From Octopus sinensis (taxonomy: Eukaryota), in the NCBI RefSeq assembly GCF_006345805.1, contig NC_043009.1:5456001-5520000 (forward strand): DNA of 64,000 nucleotides, read 5' to 3'. The translations under genes were made by a program, and so were the position numbers. Below are positions 12,063 through 25,367 of this stretch, piece after piece. Position 1 is the first letter of the stretch. Every line of letters begins with the position of its first letter. The notes beneath the pieces are model-generated. The model ran no database searches. It saw only the letters and a list, made by a program, of their open reading frames with translations, and was not told where the DNA came from.

Positions 12063-12222
12063 AGGCGCGGGAGTTGCTGTGTAGCAAGCTTCCCAACTAC
12101 ATGGTTCCGGGTTCAGTCACACCGCGCGGTTACTTGCGCTACTGTTTTCAGCTATATCCTAGGCCAAAACGAACACTGGTGAGTGGATTTGGCAATGGAA
12201 ACTGAAAGAAGCCTGTCGTATA
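12063..12222 (+). mobile_element. tRNA-like SINE family C (5' half)
   Basis: GCTTCCCAACTACATGGTTCCGGGTTCAGTC...GAAACTGAAAGAAGCCTGTCG; homologous to 20629-20966. Confidence 0.75.
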
Positions 12223-12256
12223 TATATATGAACACATTCTTTTGTTGTCACTTGAG

Positions 12257-12388
<132 letters not shown>

Positions 12389-12429
12389 ATTTATATATAT
12401 ATAATGTAACTACACGTGGCTCGTTAGCA

Positions 12430-12600
12430 AATTCTTCTCCATTTTCTCCGAATTTTCCCCTTCCTCCTCTCCGATGAAGAGGTATGCCTGAAATGTTAAA
12501 CTCTCTTCTTTCATCAAACGTCAACCTAATATAGTACCTGTGTACGTCCTCACCTTCGTTGTTCTTTCTTTTTTCCCCCGTTTTTATCCTTTTATTTCAA
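12430..12600 (+). mobile_element. F2 element with degenerate HHR motif (12466-12501)
   Basis: CCGATGA-A-GAGG-TAT-GCCT-GAAATGTT-AAAC followed by the F2 downstream sequence (...cgtcctc...cgttgtt). Confidence 0.6.
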
Positions 12601-12715
12601 GTGATTAAATACAGTTTACGATGGGGATATTATCGCCATTTAATTTTTTTTTATTTCGCACTTGCGAAATTAAAAATTTGTTTTAGATTTTATTAGATTG
12701 AGTCTACTACACAGT

Positions 12716-13479
12716 ATACTAGGGTCAGTTTTCACTGTTTCTCACTGTCTATGAGAAAATCAGCCCCATGACGCAATTCACTCTGCCAGAAACTCGGAAA
12801 CGGTATGCTATACTGCTTGGCATTCGCGGCGTAAAATCCAATATGAACATTTTAGAGTGCTTGAATGTCAATCTGAGGAGAATGCGTGATCCGAGAGTGA
12901 TAAAAATCAAACATCCAATCAACATCCTGGGGCTTGGAGTGATCACTAATGACAGCAACGTTATGCTTCCATTCATCTTCCCACACGGCCTCACATTAAC
13001 ATGGAGGTCTACATCAAGTGGAGAAGTTAGTGCCGCCCTGACTGAAGATTGTGGCTCCTGGAATACCCTATGTCAGCCAACAGGAGTCTGCACCATGCCA
13101 CACATGTAAGAGAAGCCAGTCATGGCTGTCAGACAATTTCTTCAACCACATCACCCTTAACATCTGACCACCTAACTCCCCAGACTGCAACCCCTTTGCT
13201 TAATATGTGTGGGGCACAGTTCAGCGAGAGACCAACTAAACGTCTTGTAACCCCAAAGATAACCTAAAGGCAAGGATTATGGCAGCACCCATCAACTTGA
13301 ACAAGGCGAACCCCCACAAGAGTTGCAGCAGATTCCGAAGTCGTTTGGAGCCGTGGTTGAAGTCAATGGTGATTTTATTGAATAAATTTTACTCATTAGT
13401 AGTTCTAGATATGTTTATATACTTTTGGTAAATATATTGTTTTCCGTAATTTAGACGACAATTTATGCAGTGCACCCTG
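12716..13479 (+). mobile_element. Degenerate, internally deleted Tc1/mariner-superfamily transposon, maT (DD37D) type
   Basis: Translation QQESAPCH-(37-residue spacing)-PPNSPDCNPFA*YVWG...RFRSRL..VEVNGDF. Right end CACCCTG|TA; several stops. Confidence 0.8.
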
Positions 13480-13488
13480 TATGTTTGA

Positions 13489-13527
<39 letters not shown>

Positions 13528-13796
13528 TATATATACAGTCATATATATATATATATGTATGTATATATACTGTGTGTATATATATATATTATATATATAT
13601 ATATATAATATATATATACAGTCATATATATATATATATGTATATATAGTGTATAATCTATATCTATCTATCTATATATATATATACTTGTGTGTGTGTG
13701 TGTAAAATGTAAATGGAATAGCATATATAGGTAAGATATAGACGTATACAGTTACATGTATATATTTATGCATGGGTGCATGCATGTACATATTTG

Positions 13797-13982
13797 TAGG
13801 CCGGGTTATGTTGTTAAAAGCTTTGCTAAGCAATGTCATTCTTTTGAGTTCAGTCCCACTAGGACGCCAACCAACCGCATGGAGTGACAATCTGGCAGAC
13901 TGAAACATTTCTGAAAGACCGTCCTACAAGTGTGGAGGTGTGTGTTTTCACCCTATAAATATATGCATATATATATACATGC

Positions 13983-14028
<46 letters not shown>

Positions 14029-14150
14029 TTACGCGTTTTTCTCTTTGTGTCTGCCCTCCCCCATCACTTGACAACCGGTCTTGGTGTGTTTAGGTCCGTG
14101 TTACTTAGCGGTTCAGCAAAAGATCTAGTTAGAGTTATTAACAGACTTTA
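13797..14150 (+). mobile_element. Degenerate SINE family C with internal microsatellite
   Basis: GAGTTCAGTCCCACT head, (CA)n core, TTGACAACCG...TTAGCGGTTCAGCAAAAGA tail. Confidence 0.6.
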
Positions 14151-14409
14151 AAAGAAGGGTATCAAAATTGTCCATTCATTCGGTTAAAAGTTGTCATGGT
14201 GGTCGCAATCAAAAGACTGTAACAAGTAAGAATAAAGGATGTGTGTGTGTGTAAGTGTGTATGTATGTATATTTTTGAACATTTGTGTTTCATATATGAC
14301 TAAAATGGTAAAATCGGAGTATCGTTGAAATCTTTAACCACTACATGAGTTGAAGTGGAGCACACTTCTGTTATGATGTTCTATAATCTATAAATAAGCA
14401 ATAACTGCT

Positions 14410-14640
14410 TCCGTAACCTAAACTTTGTGAATCCTGTGGATTCTTGCACTGCTTTGTAAAGTCGTGTAATCTGAAAATTTAACTCATATTTGTTTTACCA
14501 AATGTTTCGTGCGTTCATCATTTTACATATCGTGTTTACTGTCTTTGTTAATCCTGTTGTCAGCCCATATGGAGAGTATCATTGCAAAGTCTTCTCGGAT
14601 GGGATCAGCCTGTCGTTTTGTGTACCATGATTAAGATTAA
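14410..14640 (-). mobile_element. Possible highly decayed Gypsy-type integrase remnant
   Basis: Minus-strand translation YSPYGLTTGLTKTVNTICKMM..W..YKAVQESTGFT only weakly echoes integrase C-terminal motifs. Confidence 0.25.
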
Positions 14641-17095
14641 CCAATGTCTTGAGACGTACAAAAGCTTTATGCTATAAAAGGCAACAAGGGACATTTCATG
14701 CGATCCATTATATTTTCCTCCAGCCATTCTGTGTTCTTTCACCGCAAAAACTGTAACTCATTTTTTCTTCCTAATACTCAGGAGGTATGATGACTTACTC
14801 TTTAGGATACTGGACATAACCCTTAGCATCATTTCGTTTAGCTCCTTACGTTCAAATTACATCCAAATCGAGTTTCATCTATTCGGAGTTGATAAAATAG
14901 CTACGAATCCTGCACTGGTGCGGAATTTTAGAGGAATCTACTGCCCACCTAACATTTCTGACCTCATACCAACATTTGTAACCATTATCTATAGTCGCAC
15001 TAATACCTAATAGCAGAATTCAGACAAGGAATTTTAATAAAATTCAAATGTCTCAGTATTTGTCACTATATTGCTATCGATCAATTTCACACTCCATTAT
15101 ATTAGTAATTAGATATAATTGATATTACTAATTTTTTCTCTTTGTGCTTCGTGATCAAAATTTGTTATTAAAATAATTTTTGTTCTCATAACTCCGGCTG
15201 TAATTTTATTTAAATTTGTTAGGTTTACTGAAGTATGCGTGCGATATCTTTATTGATAATTTTCCCTAAAGCAGACATTCGAGTGTAATTATCCCCGGTT
15301 ATTCACTTAAACTATTATTCTACTCTGTATTTTTCTGTCTATAAAATATATTTAGTTATTTGAAAATCTGGTAGTAACAATTCAATCATGCTTTGTTAAA
15401 GTGTTTTTGTTACTAACGAAACGCACTTGACATTAGCAACGAACTCGAATAGTCTTTCCATTTTATATAACACTCAGAGTTGTTTTTCCGAGATTATTAA
15501 TGCAGATAAAAATGTTATTCTTTCATCATACAGGCACATTCAATTGCTTGTCATTTATACCTGAACTAAACTATGTAATTGATGTGAACACCGAATAAAA
15601 CCTATAGTACCCTGAAGATCCAGATGCCATGTAAATTCAGATTCCAAAAATTTTCTCTCCACTGCTACTTTATTATGTCATTTACAGTTCTTTTCTCCAT
15701 ATGCAAAATTTAAACATTCTAATAATACCAAGAACTTTTCTCTTGATAGTTTCAATGACATCTCTGTAAATGTAAATGTAGTTTTGATAAGGGCCAGTTG
15801 CAACGCTAAATGCTTTGCATGAAAACAGATATTTTGTAACCAGCGCTCAGCATATGAGGTAACATGCTATAGTGTTACTATCCTCTGTTGGCTTACATTT
15901 GGTTACTCCTGTATCACAGGTAACTTGTTTCTGATTTACACACAAGACCAGCAATTTTAAATAAATTTGTACTTGATACTTCTGAAAGAATTGCTTTACT
16001 TTATTGGTCCCGGTGGCATGAAAGGCAAAGCACTACCATGGTGTTTGAATGTAGAGCACAATGTGAGGGAAGTAATTCCGTAGTATCTAACCATTCTTCC
16101 AACATATCGTCTTTTTATATTAGAAATAATTAACTTGAAAACGACATTAGCCTACATAATTCGGTAATTATAAACAGTATGGCCAATGGATATACATGAA
16201 ATTATACATTATTCATATTTCCTGAACTTATTTCTCATGCTTTATCAACATTTATTTATAAACTCACCCACCCACCCATTCATCTGTTTATAAGTGTATC
16301 ACTTACCATTTAGAAAATCGAAGAAATATATTTCATTGCAAAGGCTATTCTTACACCAAATGCAAAATTCCTACTAAGAGATTAAAACTGTTTACTGCAA
16401 CAATTTTCTCATTTTCAGAATTCTATTGTAACCATGATTTTTTCTGTTTGATATTTAGAAACTTTTACAAGGTTGTGACCGTTTAAACCCTTTAACTGTT
16501 ATTCTAGATGCCCTGTCACACTGACCATCAGTTACGCTGCCATTACCTGCAAAGTCCGCTGTAAAATATTCTAGAAACTATTTTATTAATGACTTTCTTT
16601 GGTCTTTCTTTTTGTTATCATGAGATTACATTTTAAATGTAAACATTTATTTTTGTAGTAAGAGTACGTGAAATAAGTTCGCGTGACTTCCCTAATTGTT
16701 TCAGCACCAGATTTTTAATGAATTTTATACGAATAGAAAATGCAAGAAATCGTGACGTGGATGTGATTGCAAGATGGTTTGATATCCATATAATTTACTT
16801 AAAAAACGGTTTGATTTAATTAAACGCTACGGGGCGTAAATTTAACGAAATGGCTCCAGCTGGAAATCAAAACTCCAACCTGGTTCCACTTGGTAGGGTG
16901 CTTATTTTCAGGTAAACAACACCCACTTCTACTTCCGTATTACCAGATTATAAACAAAATAATTTCATAAGTGCTTAGCTAAATCATGTTCACATTGTCC
17001 AAATAGTTTGTCCACATTACATACCGGAAGAGAATGTATACGAGGGTGTTCTGAAAGGTTCGTGGGTTTAAATGTGTCAAGAAAGGAATGGCTGG

Positions 17096-17326
17096 AGGCG
17101 TCGAGCTGGCAGAAACGTTAGCGCACCGGGCGAAATGCTTTGTGATATTTCGTCCGCCGCTGCGTTCCGAGTTCAACTTCCGCCAAGGTCGACTTTGCCT
17201 TTCATCTTTTCGGGGTCGATAAATTAAGTACCAGTTACGCACTGGGGTCGATGTTATCGACTTAATCCGTTTGTCTGTCCTTGTTTGTCCCCTCTATGTT
17301 TAGCTCCCTGTAGACAATAAAAACAT
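17096..17326 (+). mobile_element. SINE family M (central GCCTTTCATC..GGGTCGATAAA..AGTACC motif, Meta-domain-like)
   Basis: Full-length copy, homologous to 33764-34386, 40148-41328 and others. The domain name is from recall, not a search. Confidence 0.8.
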
Positions 17327-17334
17327 AAGATAGG

Positions 17335-17953
17335 ACAGGCTGGAGGCCCAAAATTCTGAGTTCTTTTACAGGGTTTAAAAGCAGTTCTAAATTAAGGAGA
17401 AGCACGAAGGAAAAGTCTAAAAACAGCATGGATCAATTCTAAGAAATCCTATGACATGATCCGACACTCATGAATACGTGAATATTTGAGTATATTTAGT
17501 ATATCAGACAACATTAGAGAATTTATCTGCTTTTGCATGAAGAAATTGAAAGTAGGTCTTAATCAGGTGCCAGGGTCTCAAGGAAAGTAAATATCAATTC
17601 AGGAATTTTCCAAGTGGATGCGTTATCACCTTTAATATTTGTCGAAGGCATCAATCCTACGGGATTTTATGATTCAGTGCGACCATGAGCTTGAGAATAG
17701 GAAGCCGGACACAGTCTTATTTGAGAAAGAAAACAAACTATGCTGGGTCATAGACATAGCATGCCCAGCTGACAACAAGGTATGCGATAAGCAAGAAATA
17801 AAAGTCGAAAGATATGACAAGGTAGCGTGGAAAGTTAAGCAGTTGTGGTCGATGAAAAAATATAGCAGTAGTACAAATAATTGTGGGAAACCTGGGAACA
17901 GTGAGCAAAAATCTCAATTACGTGGAACAAATAGGGGCTGCAACAAGAGGGGC
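17335..17953 (+). mobile_element. R4/Dong-type non-LTR retrotransposon relic (RT fragment fused to RLE domain)
   Basis: TAWINSKKSYDMI and SGIFQVDALSPLIF (RT), joined directly to DFMIQCDHELENRKPD..WVIDIACPADNKV (restriction-like endonuclease). Confidence 0.85.
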
Positions 17954-20628
17954 TTATAGCTACACACACACATATTTGTATGTGTGTGTATGTAAATATT
18001 TGTATGTGTATAATTATAAGGATGTATGTGCGGTTGTGTGTGCCATTGCGCATCACAACTGTACTTTTGCTTTTACTTAAGCCGTCATGCGAAAGATACG
18101 GTGAGAAAATGCGTTAGTCTTAAAATAGTCCTGGGTTTGCTTCGAACCTTTCTCCCTTGTTTTGCTATATGATTGTTTATTATAAAGGTGTCCTGCCAAT
18201 ATAGAAAGCCAAGGTATAATGTTTCATTCTTCGAATTGAAATAATCAAGTAAAATAGTTTAAAATGTGAAATATCGTTAACTATTTTGCAATCATTTACT
18301 TTCATTTTTTTTTTTTGATGTAGGAGTCTGGAGAGAGAATGAAATTCTAAAGTATCTTTCAGTTGATTAAACATACCATATTTAATATTTAATTTTAAAT
18401 TTCTTTTTTACTCCGTTTTAAATAGATCCATCGTATCACTAAGAAAGATTGGGAGATTTTATTAACTAGATTCTGTTATAAAATAATAAATAGAATTATC
18501 ATAAAATTTATTTCAAAACATTTTTAAATACGTATAAAAATTTTAAGAATTTATTAAAAAAATGTTCAGGGGACAAAATAATTTATAGTTGAATATCGTG
18601 TTATCTTAGAGTACTTTAAAATGGAATTTAATAAATATTTAAATAACTTGCTTGACAGTCACACAATAAATTTTACTGGAGATTTAATCAGCTAAATGTT
18701 ATGTGTTGCACATTGCATTCAAACAAATTCACTTAGACTATTAACAATTAATTAATAGAATTTTCGAAAAAAATATAATTCTGTTTATTTTCATCTTATT
18801 TTATTTAAATTTTGTTTCCCAAATGCCTCCAAATTTTAAAGAAAAATAGTTATAGGAAATAGTGTATTTTGGATTTCTGATATTTATCGCAAAGCAATTA
18901 TGCTTATTGACTTAGTGCTTTAGTAATTTCGTTACATCAAGTCTATGGAATATTGCTATACATCTCAACAAAGTAATTATGCATACGTAACAGTTTAGTT
19001 ACAAATACTAATCGAACGCAGATGCACATACAAATCATTATGCATGCACATACATATTTGAAATTATGTAGTCTCAAATAATCTCTTAAATGTGTGCAAT
19101 CATAATTGCATATGTAAATTTTCTATTCATAAACACGATCACACACACATACACTCACACTCACACACACACACACACAAATATTTAAGCACATATACAG
19201 ACAGATATTTTTGTACGTATATATGTATATATGTACGTGAAAGAATATATTTATATATATATATATAGGTTTGTACATACATATATTCATAAGTAACATA
19301 TACATACATTCATACCCACATACACACATACACACACATATGTATATATATATATATATTATATATATATATATATACATATATATACATATATATTCAC
19401 CGATATAAATTCATTCACGTACACGTAAAAGTACAAGCGTGACAAGCACTCACATCGTTCATATAGATATATACGCACACATAAATACATCATTAATTAT
19501 ATTAAATTGCTAATTATACATTCCTGATTTACGATACGTAACCGAAAAATCAAATGAATTAGGATATGTTAATTTGATTATGTAATGTACCTTTTTGAAT
19601 TTCAATAATCAAAATTGAATATAATTATTTACTCATTAATTTTAATAATATCATTTTCAGTAAAAATTCATTTTGGCGTGTATTTGTCTTTTCTTTACAT
19701 TTAAAATTTTTGTTATTTCCCCCCTTCATATCGGATATGTGTTTTATGATTTTTTAAAATTGTTTTTAATTATAAAAATTGATTTGCATCCGTGTCATGT
19801 GTATTTGTTAAGTTTTAATGGATTGACACATCTGTTCTTGTTATAACGTATGAAAGAGAGACTTAAATATGCATTTATAGCCATTATACCGTAAATCACG
19901 TAAAAATATATAAATTATATAAAAACTATACAAAAAAATGCAAACATTATTCTGCTTTCAGATCTTTGGGAAAGTTTTCGTATTTTTGATATTTAGAAAC
20001 AGGTTTGACACGTTGTAAATGTTAACTAATTAGTGTTTGATATGAAGATTTTTAGCAATTTGTTTATTTCCAATCTAGCTCTCTCTTAAAACGCACAACC
20101 GTTCTCTATCTCAAACACTCTGAATTTCTCTGTTATTTATTTTTTTTAAGTTCTCGCTCTTTTTCTCCAGCGTTCTGTTTCTCCCCTTCTCTCTCCATTT
20201 CTTCCGCTCTAATGACAAATTTATGGTGTGACAAATTGCAAATTACTAAGTAGCTGAAAATGCATCACTCATTTTGTTATTTGCTTTTTCGTTAGAGAGG
20301 AGTCGCTGTCCAACAAAGACAACTCAAAATATCGATAGTTATTTAGCGATTCCAATATTTCTATCTTTTTAACTCCTGAAGCAGCTGATATGTTTGTCTT
20401 TCTTTCTCATTTTATAAACCTGAAATACAAATGTTGAAATCGGGTTTCGATTTTAGTACATGGCAATATGAAACAAGAAAATGTCGACGAAATTAGTTCT
20501 TCGCAATCCATATTCATACATTTAAAAATAAAATATACAAAGTGTGCCGTGGCTCGTTAGTAAAATGAAATACTGAAGTGTACACCAGTTCACGTAATTT
20601 TCTTAAACCAAATAATATTTCTTTTCTT

Positions 20629-20963
20629 TTCTTTCAGTCATTTGACTGCGGCCATGCTGTCAAATCAAACCCAGGACTTATTCTTTGTAAGCCGACTACT
20701 TATTCCATCGATTTCTTTAGCCGAACCGCTAACATCAGTCGTCAAGCGATGGTGGGTGGACAAACACAGAGACATACACACTCATATATATACAATATAT
20801 ATATGACGGCTTCTTTCAATTTCTATCTAACAAATCCACTCACAAGGATTTCGTCGGCCCGAGGCTACAGTAGAAGACAGTTGCCCAAAGCACCACGCAG
20901 TGGGACAGAACCCGCAGCCATGTGGTTGAAGATAAAGCGTCTTACCACACAGACACTCCTGCG

Positions 20964-20966
<3 letters not shown>
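20629..20966 (-). mobile_element. SINE family C, near full length
   Basis: Reverse strand AGGCGCAGGAGTGTCTGTGTGGTAAGA head, internal CA/TA repeat, CATGGCCGCAGTCAAATGACTGAAA tail. Confidence 0.8.
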
Positions 20967-21022
<56 letters not shown>

Positions 21023-21082
21023 ATATATATATATATATAATATATATATATATTATATATATATATATATAATATATATATA

Positions 21083-21126
<44 letters not shown>

Positions 21127-21489
21127 CAAAATAAGCAGCAAGGATTCAGTTTCTTATTTCAGGTGTTCGTTCCTCAGTCACACCCAACGTGTTATTCTTT
21201 TGACTTCGATGATGCTCTGCGTGTTGCATAAGTTGGTAATCTTATTCCTTCATTTCCTTGTAATTTGTTATTTTGTATATTCTTCTGTTATTGAAAATCC
21301 TAATGATGTTGTAAATCTTGTGATATTTTAAACTGCGGATAGTTTTTTATTCTGTTTTCACTATGTACAGCATAATTTTACAAACGTAATATCGCGGGGT
21401 AAGGCTGTCGGTAATTCCTTCATGGTGGTGTGCATTGTGCACTGTCAGCAGCTACCCTAAGATTACAAAACACAAAGACCACTTTCTCC

Positions 21490-21615
21490 TTGTTGTTGTT
21501 GTTGTTTTTCTTCTTCTTCTTCTTCTTCTTCTTCTTCTTCTTCTTCTTCTTCTTCTTCTTCTTCTTCTTCTTCTTCTTCTTCTTCTTCTTCTTCTTCTCC
21601 TCCTCCTCCTTCTTT
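21490..21615. repeat. (GTT)/(CTT)n microsatellite
   Basis: Directly visible. Confidence 0.97.
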
Positions 21616-22210
21616 TCTTTCTCATTCTTGTAGTTTTTGTTGCTGTCGTCGTCGCCATTGTCATCGTTATAATCGTCGCCGTCATCACCACCATCACCAC
21701 TACCACCACCCTCATCATCGCCATGATTCTCTTCGTCACCCTGATATCATTTTTGCTATTATAATTAATATTATCGGTATCATTACAGTATTATCATTTT
21801 ATCATTATTTTCATCACGACTATCATTATTATCGTCAGCAAACATCATTATTATATAACATTGAAATGCATGTCCACGTAACATAGTGAAAAACGAAAAA
21901 TAAAATTAAAGAGCCAATATAAAGAAACATTGTCTGGGATATAGATAATCCTCCTACTAGGCTGTAGATGTACTTTAAGGATTATACAAAGGTTGACAAC
22001 TTCGATAAAACCCAGTTGTTGTTACACTTAAAAGCTTACTACCTTACTTCACATCTATGATGGCCATCCGTTAAATTTTCAATTTTTCACTGTGACATAT
22101 GTTAATGTTATTTTCGTTAATGCTGCTGTGATTGTCATTGTTAGTCTTGTTGCATCAGAAGATTCAAAGTACGTGGTGCTCCGATGTTTCTAGTATTTTC
22201 TTATCCCAGT

Positions 22211-22495
22211 TTGTAAATTGGGTTTGCGTCGGTTTCAACGATGAGTGATCCTATTTTCAATGAAATACATTGTGTGTTCAATGGCTCGGCATGGAAATGG
22301 CTAAATAATGCCCTGAGACACATGGATGGATTTCGTTTTGTAAATTGGATGATCGTCAGTTTCAACGAAGCATGATCCCATGTTCAATGTAATACACTGT
22401 GTGTTTATTCGATTGGCTGTCAAGTGGCTAAACATTGCTCAGAGATATGTGTATTTCACTTTGTAATTTGGATTTTTGTCGGATTTCAACAATTT
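22211..22495. repeat. Diverged ~125-bp tandem repeat (about 2.3 units)
   Basis: TTGTAAATTGG..GTC.GTTTCAAC recurs at 22211, 22338 and 22461. Confidence 0.75.
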
Positions 22496-22949
22496 CTTTC
22501 GCTGACCCGTGGTTGTATTACCCAGAATCTCGAAATGACGAAATACAATTCTTAACCTCACGTGGTATTTTTCATCATATTTCGTTCACACTAACTGTAA
22601 GGCCTTACAATAAGTCCTCAGAAAGAAAGTGACGTTCAAAACATGACATTACCATGCAGAATTTGAACTTAGAATGTAAAGATAGACGAAATGCCGTAAA
22701 GCATTTTGTGCGATGCAGTACACATGTTGTCCGTTTGCCACCGCTTCTAAAAATTTACGCTGGTGACTTCTATATTGGTAAAACTCGTCAGATAAGTTAA
22801 ACAAATATGTACTAGTAATTCTGATAAATGTAGCTGGTAAAGCAAAATTTGTATGGTTTTCGCCATCCATAGAGACAGGGAAGCTGAATACCTGCTATCG
22901 TTATATACGACATGAAGGCGGCGATACGGCACAAACGATAACATGCCGA

Positions 22950-23220
22950 AAGAAATGCTTAGCAGTATTTGTCTGTCTTTATGTTCTGAGTTCAAATTCC
23001 GCCAAGGTTGACTTTGCCTTTCATCCTTTCAGTGGCGATAAATTAAGTACCAGTTGCGTACTAGGATCGATCTAAGATTTTAGACCTTGCGCCTACAGCA
23101 GAAATGTGTATCATCGTTTCTGGGTCGATGGAAAAAAATACCATTCAAGTTATGAGGTCGATATAATCGACGAACTTCTACTTCTAAAGTTGCTGGCCTT
23201 GTCTCAAAATTTGAAATAAA
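22950..23220 (+). mobile_element. SINE family M (alternative 3' tail)
   Basis: TTCTGAGTTCAAATTCCGCCAAGGTTGACTTTGCCTTTCATCC...GTTGCTGGCCTTGTCTCAAAATTTGAAA. Confidence 0.75.
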
Positions 23221-23686
23221 CAATTATGAAATGTTTTGAATCTAGTATATATACATGCACACACACACACACACGGGTGCGCATAAAGCCGTGTGCGTAT
23301 ACGCCCGTGTAAACGCAAACATCATATGCATACACATACACATTAATTAACATATTTAGGTTACTCCCGACCTCTTTAATGATTCTCACGCACACTCAGT
23401 ACCAACGACATAGAAACAAGCTCAATGATAAATAAAGATTAGTGGAGGAAATCGTCGACAAAAATAGTCGGAAATAGAAAGCATGAGATTCTTAAGACCT
23501 CGCTGTGATCTCAATGTATACATTTCTATTTTCTGGTTTTCATCCGCTCCTTTTTCAATCCCCCACGAACACTGTTAGCATATATGTATGCACATAAGTA
23601 TGCCTTTATATATGCACGTTATATATATATATATACACACATATATATATATACATATGTACGCATATATATAAATGTATGTATGT

Positions 23687-23759
<73 letters not shown>

Positions 23760-23806
23760 CATAAATATATTATACGTATATCTACACATAAACACTCACA
23801 CACTCA

Positions 23807-23868
<62 letters not shown>

Positions 23869-24651
23869 TATACGTGTGTGTGTATCTGTATGTGTGTGCA
23901 TATGTATGTACATCTATTGTTTTCCCGCCCTGACTGTGTCGCTCCGTCTTTACACACACTCACATACACACACATAAATACATATATATATGCACACATA
24001 CACATATAAATATATATATATATATCTACATATATGCCATTATTGCTGTACATACGCACACACACACACGCACATACCCATGTACACCCATATACACAGA
24101 CGCAAAGACACACAGACACACACACATACACATATATAAAATCCAAACCACAATCATCAGAGTTCATTTGCAATTTATTGATTCTTTTATCTACTTCAGT
24201 CACACAAGTCACCATTTTAAATCAGCACATCGATCCGCAATCACATATTCAGCTCAATAATCTCTGCTGGTGCTATGATTTTTAATACAATTCGAAGGAC
24301 TGAAATTGTCTTGAGCTAAGAATGAGAAACAATTAAATTTGTTATCTCCTGTTTCCTTGTTGCATGCCGTCTATTCATATTTTCGATTACAGAATTATAT
24401 AGTCACATAAGCAAAAGCATTTTATTGCCACATATTTACCCAAGGTTTAAGTCTAGCGACCTTCCTTTATTGCATAGAAAATCTTCATTTCTTATACAAT
24501 TGCGTCCATTAATCCTTAAATTGAATTAGATATCTGTTAAATTTCATTCCCTTCCGCTTCGCTTCATATTCTTATAAAATTATTTCTCTTAAGCTTCTCT
24601 CCTTTTACTAGAGTTTACAATACAGCCAAACAACAGCGCATCTACTCACGC

Positions 24652-24874
24652 CTCTTCTTCTTCTTCTTCTTCTTCTTCTCTTCTTCTTCTTCTTCTCTTC
24701 TTCTTCTTCTTCTTCTTCTCCTCCTTCTTCTCCTCCTCCTCCCCTCCTCCTTCTTCTTCTTCTTCGTCTTCTTCTTCTTCTTCTCCTCCTTCTCCTCCTC
24801 CTCCCCTCCTCCTCCTCCTCCTCCTCCTTCTTCTTCTTCATTTTCTTCTTCTTCTTCTTCTTCTTCTTCTTCTC

Positions 24875-24905
<31 letters not shown>

Positions 24906-25001
24906 TTATTATTATTATTATTATATTATTATTATTATTAATATTATTATCATTCTTGTTCTTCTTCTCCTCCTTCTAATTCTTGTTCTTCATCTTCTTC
25001 T

Positions 25002-25035
<34 letters not shown>

Positions 25036-25055
25036 TAATAATAATAATAATAATA

Positions 25056-25094
<39 letters not shown>

Positions 25095-25206
25095 GTCCCC
25101 ATCATCCTGAACCTCCTGCGCACTGGCCTTCCCCACCTCATCAGCGTCATTGCCCTTATCAGACCCGGAGCCTCAACTTGGTATAGTGAAGTGCTACAAA
25201 AATTAG

Positions 25207-25284
<78 letters not shown>

Positions 25285-25367
25285 TTTCTGCTGCAACTAC
25301 TACTTCCACTTCTAATAATAATATAATAATAATAATAATAATAATCATAATAATAATATTAATAATA
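24652..25367. repeat. Compound trinucleotide microsatellite (CTT/CTC/TTA/TAA/CTA/CTG) with a ~110-bp unique insert
   Basis: Directly visible. Confidence 0.92.

Noticed and set aside
17038-17070. TACGAGGGTG mariner-TIR-like start
   Set aside because: Too short, with no partner TIR or transposase sequence.
21128-21240. Possible further HHR/pLTR remnant (minus strand CTGAGGA...GAAA, terminus resembling AAGCAGCA)
   Set aside because: No pairable stem II or III could be drawn, and the similarity is too short.
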